This document shows, one piece after another, positions 50,267 through 59,865 of a stretch of DNA of 64,000 bases. The stretch comes from Eutreptiella sp. 'Long Island Sound 2002' (taxonomy: Eukaryota > Protista > Euglenida). A model generated the notes under the pieces. It was not told where the DNA came from. It was given only the letters and a program-made list of their open reading frames with translations, and did no database searches. Position 1 is the first letter of the stretch. Every line of letters begins with the position of its first letter. A program made the translations under genes and the position numbers. The stretch covers positions 24,304,001 to 24,368,000 of the forward strand of contig OZ038379.1 in assembly GCA_964036045.1 (NCBI GenBank). The letters are read 5' to 3'.

Positions 50267-50575
50267 TCTTGCGTGCCACAACCGAGCAAACAGCTGCTCA
50301 ATGCGTGCCCTATACCACCCGTGCAAGTCATTGTAACATTGTTGGTGGGCTATCAAAGTGCCATTCTTTCTTCCAATGAATGGCACAATGACATGAATCC
50401 GCCCCTTATAAGCACCATCATGGCCCCCAACTTCGAAATCAAAGAAATCACCTCGGGTATGACAAGGTCCATACCCATCCCAAATCAAAACATCTGCTGA
50501 TGTCCCGGGGGCCAAGGGGCAAATCCATATAATGTTGCCCAACATATCAACGGCAACAGTCCACCGGTAGGGCAC
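50267..50575 (-). pseudogene. PIF/Harbinger/ISL2EU-type (DDE_Tnp_4, HARBI1-like) transposase fragment
   Basis: VAVDMLGNI..PGTSAD..DGAY (50408-50419)..IVPF..YNDLHGWYRARIEQLF. Confidence 0.85.
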
Positions 50576-51239
50576 GGGTCACAAAAGATGCCCGGCGCGC
50601 GCCCGGCGCGCTAACGATCCCCCCATGATGTGTGTTATGTGAAGGGAAGGTAGTTTGCAACTTTCTTGAGCTAGGGCAGTTTGGGTCACCTAATTCTAAG
50701 GGCGTTTCGAAGGGGTTTGCTTGGGGGCTCTTCGGGGGGAACATAGTCTAAAAGTAGCACGCAGTGCAGCGCGCAGTGCGCGCGCAGTGCAAAGATTCCC
50801 CCATAGTGGGATCCACGTGGCTCAGTGCACCGCGCCTGATCAAGAACAGCGCCCTGTGACCCAGTACGCCATGCACTATGTTGCCCGCGCCCACCGCATG
50901 TGGAACGCTGCCCGACAGGACCTGGCAGCTGGTATCTGGGCTCACTGTCACTTCACCACGGGAGCACATCGGATGACCCAATGGTTCAAGAAAGTTCTCA
51001 CCGCATGGCACACCACCAAGCTAGGCATGTGTTTGTGGTTCCAACACTCCGTCCCCATATGGCCTTGGTCCTAAGTGAACAGTTTGCAGCCTCCTTGCTG
51101 TGTCTCCACTCCTACGCACACTCATACCTCCCCACACTGTCCCTGCATATGCAGCTCTATGTGGTCTCGTGCATGGGAGGTCCTTGAGCCAAGGGCCTAG
51201 TCAAAGGCCTTTGGTTGGTTTGCTGCCTTCAAGGAGCGG

Positions 51240-51564
51240 GTGGACAAATATGATCCCACCATGTCACCAAAGCCCCATTGGTGGCAGTGTTCGTTTTTTG
51301 TGACGAATAGCAATTGTTCGTCTGGGGTCCATTTGTTTGTCTTGGTTGTAGTTATTGAGCCCTCCATGCATGTGTATTTGTGGGATGCCAAGGGAAGTGA
51401 GTTGTCCATATGGCCTCTTATTCAAGAACTTCGCGACAAAGGCATCCCATTAACCGCCAAGCTTTTGGATTACCAACGATTTGATGGTTGGACTTGCGGT
51501 TACTTGCCTAAGTTTGTTGCAGCAATTGTTGCAGACGGACCCTCGCCCCCCACCCCCATGTCTA
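51240..51564 (+). pseudogene. Clan CE (Ulp1/adenain-like) cysteine protease domain
   Basis: N..SSGVH(L) with H at 51330 (TTG is one base from TGG, Trp), VYLWD (D 51384), YQ (Q 51474) and WTCG (C 51495), all in one frame. Confidence 0.65.
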
Positions 51565-52098
51565 CCCCCCCCCCCCCCCCTTCCACCCCCCCTTGGGGGG
51601 CGTCACTGCCTAGTTCCAAAAAAAAAGTGTTGCTGCCATATTGCACAGGATTGTGCCACCGAGACACCTCGTTGTCTGAGATTATGGTCACCTCCTTTGT
51701 TCTGACCCCTTGCACTCCTCAGACCTCTGAAAATGTTCCCTCAAGGCACTGTTGTGCGCTATGTCCGTTCCACAACGGACCCTGTGTTGGCTGTTGTCCA
51801 AGGCCCTTCTCCGCATGGTGAACAGTATAGAACCATCACGTACAAACGTGGTGCTGCTGAAGTTGTGCATCACCGCACTGATGAGTGGATGCTGTGCATT
51901 GAGAATTCCGCTTATTTGTATTGTGTGCATGGCATGACTGGCCATGAATTCTGCAGAGTATGCGCCGCTAAATGGTTTGTCGGGAGTGGTGCCCACCCCC
52001 CCGGGGGGAGGGGGGGGTGTCATTTGGTGACCGTCCCCCCTGGGGTGGGGGGGGACCGTCGTCCCTTGGGGGGGGGCTGGATATTGGGGGGGCGAGGG
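51565..52098 (+). mobile_element. Probable degenerate TA-flanked poly-C-tipped element carrying a Tudor-like ORF (51733-)
   Basis: TA|C-run-TTCCACCCC at the left; degenerate complement ending GGGTA at 52100. ORF MFPQGTVVRYVRS...YRTITY...CVH..HEFCRVC. Confidence 0.4.
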
Positions 52099-52129
52099 TA
52101 TTGATTTGGGCAAGTTCACCGCTGAACGC

Positions 52130-52996
52130 ATGCCACTAGTCAAGGACCAGGACTGCCGCAACCCAAGCTGCGAGAACGTCACGTCCAGGAACCACCTAGT
52201 ACGCTGGACCCCCGGACACCCTGAGCTACGAAACACCACCACCTACCAAGATTACTTGGACATATAGGGAAACAACGACTCGGGCATCCTGGCCAACATG
52301 GGTGACAACCTGCCCATGGACCTACCACCGCCCAAACCTCATGTCGTAGTGCTCCACGGGCACATAATGCCCACCCCCCGCCCAATCATGGATAATGCAA
52401 CTCCGACGGCAAAAACAAACGGCGGGCGTACGCTGGGTTAGCTGGATCCCGTTAAAGCATTACCGATGAACCGCATGCCTCCCATGCTTGTGGGTCAAGT
52501 ATGTGGGGCCATGGCGCGCCCTGGGAACACATCCCGACACTCTGCGGCTCCCGCGCCCCACAACACGGGGGGTCGGTGCAAATGCGTCCGGCCCTGTGTA
52601 ACACATGGTCCGCCTTGTGGACGGAATGGCACGCTTAGTGGAACGAATGGGCACCACACACCCAATTCTAGCTGCGCACCATGTCGGACCACGAAAAATG
52701 GTTGTGCACACACCTCCTCGTCCCCACGTCACTATTGGACGCCGTCCCCCAACAGGAGCGCCACAGGCTCACCTCAGTGGTTGGCCTTTTTCACGTCTGG
52801 GCGATACAAGGCGTTCAGGAGCTCCGACGTAAAGTGGTGGACCCTCCACACGACTTGCCACCGTCACCCCTATGGATCACACGGTTCACTGCACAGCACT
52901 ACACACCACGAGAAACGCCACAAAACGTGCGTCACCAGGTAGAGGCTCCATGCGGAACCTCCCGGAAGCGCAAACGGACCGAAGGACACAACCAAG
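52130..52996 (+). pseudogene. A/C-rich coding remnant (probably retroelement C-terminal region), continuing at 56294-56390 and 58776-59700
   Basis: Removing the two TIR insertions restores one frame: ...EGHNQ-DLPVIDVDTW...WFTSTIL-HEPATTAPSCKNPRAL. Confidence 0.45.
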
Positions 52997-53000
52997 TTCA

Positions 53001-56000
53001 GGTGCACTGTGCGCACGCGTAGCGTAGCCGTAACCGTGGGGCGTGCAGGTGTGAAAAGTGCCGTAAACACCACGGAGGTTTCCATTAAGTGTAGAGAAGT
53101 GTTCGGATAGTAGGCCGTTTGGCGCATTTCTAACGTAAGCATTTGCGGTGCCAACACAGCAAATGTTTACAACGCTGGCGCCGGAAATAGCCAAGAGTAT
53201 TAGAGGGGAAGCTTTCAGGAAGTAGGGATATTCGAACCCCTAGAGACTACACCCCTCCTTGGATCCCTGTGTGACGGAGAAGGGCAGAGATGGACAAATT
53301 TTGAGGAACGTGCGTAGTCCTCTTGTTGCATTATGCTGATATGGGGGTGAACTCAAAAGCTTTCCATACAAGCCTAACGGGACACACCAGTGAACACCAC
53401 AAATGGGCAACGCGGGATCATTCCGTAGTGGGTACACATTTACGGCGCCGGCGCCATCAAATGAGAGGGGGTAATTTCTGATTATTATCGCGACAATGGG
53501 GTTTTTGTGGCAGTGCCCTTCACTAGCACCAGCTAGAAACTTTCCGCGTGCCTCTAAACACGGTGACAAATGTTAAAACTGCAAACTGCACAAACAGCCA
53601 TATGCAGGGGTCATGAAACTATGGGGGTCATCTCAAAAGGTTTCCACACCAGCCTAATAGAGGATCCAACAGTTGAAACTGTTAGGTTTTCTTTTTTGGG
53701 GTGGCTCGCAATAGGTTGTAACAGCCAGAAATTCTTCCAAGTGGGGAGCCCCCAAGCCTCACTGTAGTGCACCACCTTGCCGGACCTCTTGGTTCCAACG
53801 ATTGTTGTGACAATGGTGTTTTTGTGGCACTGCTCGTCATCAGCACCAATGACAAATGTGACGCGCATGTCATTGGCCCATGTGTGCTGCAATCGTGTGT
53901 GTGTGCAGTCTAGCGGAACCTGGCGGAGCTGGGAGGGGAAATCCATGAAGACCATAAAAATGTTGCAAAAAATGCAATAGTTATAGCAAAATGTGTCCTT
54001 GCACGGGGGCATCCTATAGCATTTTTGCAATCACATGTGGCGATGTTACAACAATTGACGCACCTCCATTGCCACCCGGCGGCGCCGCATCATCGCCTGC
54101 GGCACCAAAGGACTCTTCTCCTTGACTACTATGACACACTGATGCAAATGTGTCACACAAACAAAGAAATTTTTTGGCTCCAGTTCCTACGTTCCTTGAG
54201 GCATCGATCCATGGAGGGACTTACACAAGTTGCTGTCGACTACCATGGGAAAATTGGTCCATTGTGGAGGACCTGTTCCGAGCTGCTGTTGCCATCGTAC
54301 ATTGCCTGAAAAAGTGCTTCCCACCCGGTGACCCTGCACACTCCAACCCAAAACGGATCTGCATGCCTCGCACTCCCCCACAACCTCAGATCCAGAGTCA
54401 GAGTGACAGTGTGATCCAGGGCCTGAAGGCAGTGATCTAATCCTCTACAAATTTGACATCTGAAGTTCCCTACACTCGGCGCTGGTGTCGGCAGTGTGCC
54501 AGCTACTATTTTTTCACCAACCCATGGCAGGTTGGCAATTCTGTGGCGTCCTCCCTTTTTCATTTTTCTCCCCCACAGGTGTGGGATGCCACTCCTCAGC
54601 GCGCGGTAACCCTGCTTGTGTTTTTCCTGCCTTCTTAGTCCTCTCTTGTGTGTCACCGACCACCCCACAACAGAACTCCCTGCCCCAAGCAAATAATGAC
54701 CAGCTGTGCCTGGATTTTCTTTTTCTACCTCTCTGATATTGTATCAAATGCAACAAGCTGGATCTCTTGGTTACGACGATTGTTGTGACAATGGTGTTTT
54801 TGTGGCACTGCCCGTCATCAGCACCAATGACAAACGTGACCAGCATGCCGATGGGTGCACCCTGGCCCATGTGTGCAATCGTGTGTATGCGGTCTAGCTG
54901 AACTTGGGGGGGCTGGCAGCTCAGAATTTTGATTGCACTCCGTGCAATGACGCTTTTTTTGTGGCTCAGACCAAGATGAGCTGTGTAGCCTGCTCACTTT
55001 ACACTACTCGAGGTGACCCCTCGGAATCAAGGTTCGGTGCGGTCCAGTGCTACGATGCTCCCACAAATGACTGTGGTAGCGGATCTGACAGGTAGTGGGG
55101 ATTCGCTGAGTTTGTAACTAGGATATGTAGTGGGAGACTGCTACGCCTGAAGGCTTCTCAGTATGCTTGAGGCACAATGGCTGTAGGCTGAAGAAAGCAG
55201 CGGTGTGAAGATGGAAGGCCGAGATGATGGTGGTGCACTGCAGTGAGACTAGGGGGCTCCCCACTTGGAAGAATTTCTGGCTTTTACAACCCGTTGCAAG
55301 CCACCCCCAAAAAGAAAACCTAACAGTTTCAACTGTTGGATCCTCTATTAGGCTGGTGTGGAAACCTTTTGAGATGACCCCCATAGTTTCATGACCCCTG
55401 CATATGGCTGTTTGTGCAGTTTGCAGTTTTAACATTTGTCACCGTGTTTAGAGGCACGCGGAAAGTTTCTAGCTGGTGCTAGTGAAGGGCACTGCCACAA
55501 AAACCCCATTGTCGCGATAATAATCAGAAGTTACCCCCTCTCATTTTACGGCGCTAGCGCCCAAAATGTGTACCCACTGCAGAATGATCCTGCATTGTCC
55601 ATTGGTTGAACTGGTGTGTCCAACTGCCATAGGTTATGACGGGGATCACATGGCACATGTGGATTACAGTGGATTATGGAGGTTCCTCCCAATTTGTCCA
55701 TCTCTACCCCAGCCCTGTAGTGAGTAACAATATTTGCACGACATTCTGCTTTTTTCCAAGCTCTTAAGAGCCGTCACTTTTTACGGCGCTGGCCCCGTAA
55801 ACATTGTCACAGAGAGACTTCAATGGAAGCAAAATTTCAACACCGAAAATTACAAAGAGGCACTTTTTTGATAGGCTGTTTGAACTGCAGAGATCAATAT
55901 TCCTTGTAGTTGTCCAAATAGCTAGAAGCCTTGCCTATGGTTCGCAATTTAGATCTTGCACCTATGCTTCTCTTTTTCGTTTCTTGTTCTAAATTTCTCC

Positions 56001-56293
56001 GGGGCTGCCAATGACGTTGTACCACATGTAAACAAGGCCTAGGGTTTGACATATTGGTTCAACATGTTGCTAGACTTGTTTTTTTTTAGGTCAATTTCGG
56101 TGTAGAGAAAACGGAAAATTTGACGGAGATTCGTCAATGTTTACGGCGTCGGGGCTAGATATTTTCCGTTGGTTCCCCATTGGTGATTGAGGGGGTTCAG
56201 AGCCGTCTCACGCACATGTTGTCCAAAAGTGTGTTTTTTTTACGGCACCCGAGGTTTGGGCGTTTACGGCTGTATCTGTGCGCGTAGTGCACC
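53001..56293. mobile_element. ~3.3-kb foldback-like element with long modular inverted repeats
   Basis: IR 53390-53776 vs 55230-55622 (central ~220 bp near-identical). Tips GGTGCAC...GTGCACC; recurrent GCCGTAAA; CCAAG at both flanks. Confidence 0.75.
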
Positions 56294-56481
56294 CCAAGAC
56301 CTACCCGTCATAGACGTTGATACATGGCTACAGGAAGCACAACAAGCCAACGACGAGGGCACACTGTGTTGGTTCACGAGCACCATCCTACCCCCCCCCC
56401 CCCCGGTATAAGCTACGCCCTTGTCCAAGCTACAATAGGGTATGGGTGGGTGTGTTGGAAATCTAGAGGGGGGAGCGCAAC

Positions 56482-57432
56482 ATGTCATGCAATCGAGTCG
56501 ACCTGCGCCATTTGATAGCTCAACTCCACAGCTGGGCGGACCATAAGACGATGTTCCACAGGGCACCCCAAGCCCCCACGACGGCCAAGCTGCCGTCAGC
56601 GCGACCAGACCTGCCGAAGTTAAAGGAGGAAAAGTGGGGTAGCCACAAACGATCTTTGTTGGCGGAGCTGGAGAGAATGTCGGGTGAGGGGTGGGTGGTA
56701 GTGTACACGGATGGCTCGGCGGAACGCGTCCGGGGTTGGATGCAAGCGGGGTACGGGGTCTGGTTCGGGGACAACATTAGTCGTAATTTTCGGGCGCACG
56801 TGCCAGCTCATGAGCGACAGAGTATCAGCACGGGGGAGTTGCGAGGGGTGCTACATGCGATGCTCAGTCGGGAGGCGGGGGAGCGGATGGTGGTGTGGGT
56901 GGATTCCGAATATTTTTTTAAGGCTGTCACAGTGTGGACAGACAAGTGGAAGAGGCACGGGTGGCGCACGTTGTCAGGGGAGGTAGGGCACAGAGACTTG
57001 TGGGACCACATTGATTGGCTTCGCGGGGAGGCGGGTGTCCGGTGGGTGCCATCGCACCTCGGAGTGGCCGGTAATGAGGCAGCCGATGAACTAGCGGGGC
57101 AGGGCCGGGAACTACACCCCTATAACCTGCTGCCCCTGTCTAAACGACGCCGAGTCATGGAGTGGGATGCGTTGGGGTTGGAACCCATGGCAGAAGTGTC
57201 CGACTTGGACCTGGGGTCAGAGGTGTACTCTGGGGGGACGTCAGGCGGCAGTTCGGCCGCGTCGTCAACGTCGGGCGACGAAGACGTTTTTCTGTCCAGT
57301 TCCGAAGACATGTCATTTAGTACCGATGTCAGTGACACGCGGTTGCGGGGGGCGTGGGACAGTGACAGTGATGGGTTCAGTACAGACGTGAGTGAGAGCA
57401 GGAAGAGGCGGCGGGGGGGGATCGAGTCCTGA
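56482..57432 (+). CDS. RNase HI-like domain with acidic/Ser tail and basic C-terminus
   Basis: VYTDGS, GELRG, DSEY, WKRHGW, HRDLW and WVPSHLG..GNEAADELA; catalytic DEDD residues intact in an open 316-aa frame. Confidence 0.9.
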   Translation: MSCNRVDLRHLIAQLHSWADHKTMFHRAPQAPTTAKLPSARPDLPKLKEEKWGSHKRSLLAELERMSGEGWVVVYTDGSAERVRGWMQAGYGVWFGDNISRNFRAHVPAHERQSISTGELRGVLHAMLSREAGERMVVWVDSEYFFKAVTVWTDKWKRHGWRTLSGEVGHRDLWDHIDWLRGEAGVRWVPSHLGVAGNEAADELAGQGRELHPYNLLPLSKRRRVMEWDALGLEPMAEVSDLDLGSEVYSGGTSGGSSAASSTSGDEDVFLSSSEDMSFSTDVSDTRLRGAWDSDSDGFSTDVSESRKRRRGGIES

Positions 57433-57480
57433 GGCGGAGGGGTGCCAGTGGCGCCTCTGGAGCATGGGGCCACAACGGGG

Positions 57481-57840
57481 GAGGAGCATACCAGAAACAC
57501 GCGTGGCTCACAAGCCACGGTCGGTGGCGAAGGCGGCGGACACGCAGCCGGGCATTGGAGCCTTGAAGGTCTGCACTAAGTGCACACCGCAGCAGCAACC
57601 GCAGGGGCTGGCGGGGGGGGAGAGACCTGGTGGTTCCTGCGGTCGGTACCAATCACGTTGGACGGTGACATGTAACAGGGGAGGAGCATACCAGCAACGC
57701 GTGTGGCTCCCACGACGTGCCACGTTTGGTGGCAAAGGCGGCGGACACGCTGCCGGGGGTCGACCTCCACGGTCGATCTGGGTTTTGAAGGTCTACACTA
57801 AGTGCAAACCGCAGCGTCAACCCTGGGGCTCCACGGGGGG
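57481..57840 (+). repeat. Diverged ~200-bp-period direct duplication
   Basis: GAGGAGCATACCAG...AAGGCGGCGGACACGC...TTGAAGGTCT.CACTAAGTGCA at 57481 and 57681. Confidence 0.8.
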
Positions 57841-59865
57841 GATGACTTGGTGGTTGAAACGGCCGGTACACAGCACATCGGACAGTAGCATATCTTAAAC
57901 ACGCTTGTCTCCCACGTCATGGGTCGTGGGTTCGAAACCCGGCGGACAGGCCGCTGGGGGTTCATCATAGTGGTCGACACGGGGGGTGGTTTTATTTTTC
58001 GTCTCGGAGGTACCTGTCAGCTCTACCCAGTTCCTGCTGAGGGTAGGGAGGGCGACCTGACCTATCCTGACGAACAGTGGCGGCGCCTCCGGCGCCGTAT
58101 CTGAGGAAGAGCTGTGGCGCTTCGCTGGACAGATGGGACAATGTTTGCCGCGGCTCCGCCGCGTGATACTTGCAGATTGAGGGCATAGGTCTGTCGGTGG
58201 GGACCTATTGCTGAACTTTCCACTGTTCTATGGCCAAGCTACAGTAGGCACAAGGACCGTAATAATTGTGTACGTAATTTTAATTGCATACGAAATGTAG
58301 TGCGGCCACATGAGACATGGGTGTGTCGTCGCATTTGCCAATTACATGGAGCCATGGACACACACAACATGCCACATGCAAGGCAATTTGATTTCCAGGA
58401 ATTTGAAGTTGCCCGACCCCAAACCAGCCCCTAAGCCTCAGCCAAAGGCATCTTCAAGTGGTGAGCATGTGCAATTGTTCTTTATGGTGTATGATTGCAA
58501 GAAGGGTTTCCAAGCCAAACATTTGCAGGCGTCGCATTCTTCATTGCTTGTGCCAAGATGGGTGTGAACCTGAAATTTTCATGTTCCCAAGGCTTTCGTT
58601 TGCATACACTTCGAAATGCGGGCAGAGGTCAAGGTGCGCTCATACCATGCGTGCGCGCACGTGTATGTCGGTAGTTGTATGTGTTGGGCGCAAGCTACGC
58701 CCTTGTCCAAGCTACAATGGGCGTAGGGACCGTAAAAACTGCACATTGGCGTAGCTTATACAAGGGGGGGGGGTACATGAACCCGCCACCACGGCACCAT
58801 CATGTAAGAATCCAAGGGCTCTCAACGTGCTCCACATGTGTTGGGCAGGCCTCCTCTCCCGCGTGGAAGGCCTCGCCGGGAGGCACTTGCACACAGCGAC
58901 ACACTCCTACTAGTACTCCTTCTCCTGTGCACACACCATGTCACACTGAAAGACCTCAGATCACTCTACGACCGTGCCCTTGCGGAGAAACGGGCTTATC
59001 ATGCCCTACTCTCATCGCTCCCATAGGTTGAGATCAAAATCGCCCACATGAACCACCTCGTGCAATAACATAATTGAACTGTGACCGAGACCTCCTATGC
59101 CGCAAAACACATGGTCCAATCACTCTAAACGGAGAGTGCGGTGGCGGTTGGCCTTACCCGATGATACTCAACACACCTGCTACGACTACTGACACTAAAG
59201 ACGCGCGCCAACACTACACCAAGCAACCCATCCACCACGCACAAGCTTGGGCCTACTGCTGGCGTCTTGAATACCACGCATACTAGGCCCTGCACTCACT
59301 CTGCAAAAGTGAAACACAACAAGTACCACTTTGGCTTTACCTGCACCGAAAACGCCCAAGAGACCCAAGGGACGCTGCCATGTTGGAGATTCCCCTCAGT
59401 CGTGCCTAAGCGACACAAAGCACACTGGGACCCCAACGAGTGGGAAATCCACTTGCATTAACGTGCACCAGACCAACACCCATCCACCGGGGGTCAAACG
59501 GTGACAGATGGCCGCACACAGCCTGCCCTTAGCACCCATCTGAAGGTCATAGGTCGCAAACCGATGCCGACACAACCCACAAGCGGACAACATACCACAG
59601 GACTATACAACTACATACAAACGATGACACCGCCCCACTAACGCTAAAAACAAGAAGGGTCCAGCGACAACACACACCACAGGGGACCCATGGGGGACTA
59701 ATCATGAGCTGAATCCGTTTTGCAAACTCAGGCACTGCCAAAATCTGTACGATGATGACCCTGGCCGATGGGCCCTGGCACTTTCTTGTCTGCCAATTTG
59801 ATCAAAAAACAATGAACGCATGCCAGTGGCCTTTGTAATGCACGTTCAAGACTTTAGTTTCCGTT

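Larger units (their letters stand above)
49843..50623 (-). mobile_element. Internally deleted TIR element 2 (PIF/Harbinger-like), nested in element 3 in opposite orientation
   Basis: CAT|GGGGGAATGTT...AACGATCCCCC|CAT. GCCCGGCGCGC doublets at both ends. Contains a DDE_Tnp_4-type fragment. Confidence 0.88.
48569..50802 (+). mobile_element. Non-autonomous TIR element 3 (PIF/Harbinger-like) containing elements 4 and 2
   Basis: ATA|GGGGGAG...GATTCCCCC|ATA. GCGCGCAGTGC repeats at both ends. Confidence 0.82.
56391..58773 (+). mobile_element. TA-flanked poly-C-tipped TIR element carrying an RNase H ORF
   Basis: TA|C14-GGTATAAGCTACGCC...GGCGTAGCTTATACAA-G10|TA. Subterminal AAGCTACGCCCTTGTCCAAGCTACAAT at 56410 and 58692. 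Confidence 0.85.

Noticed and set aside
46620-50804. 2-bp AT TSD (ISL2EU-type) interpretation
   Set aside because: A 3-bp TSD with G5 tips fits all four elements exactly, including AAG, which AT cannot explain.
53570-55435. Near-identical MLKLQTAQ ORFs on opposite strands as duplicated genes
   Set aside because: They are translations of the foldback arms and show no protein features.
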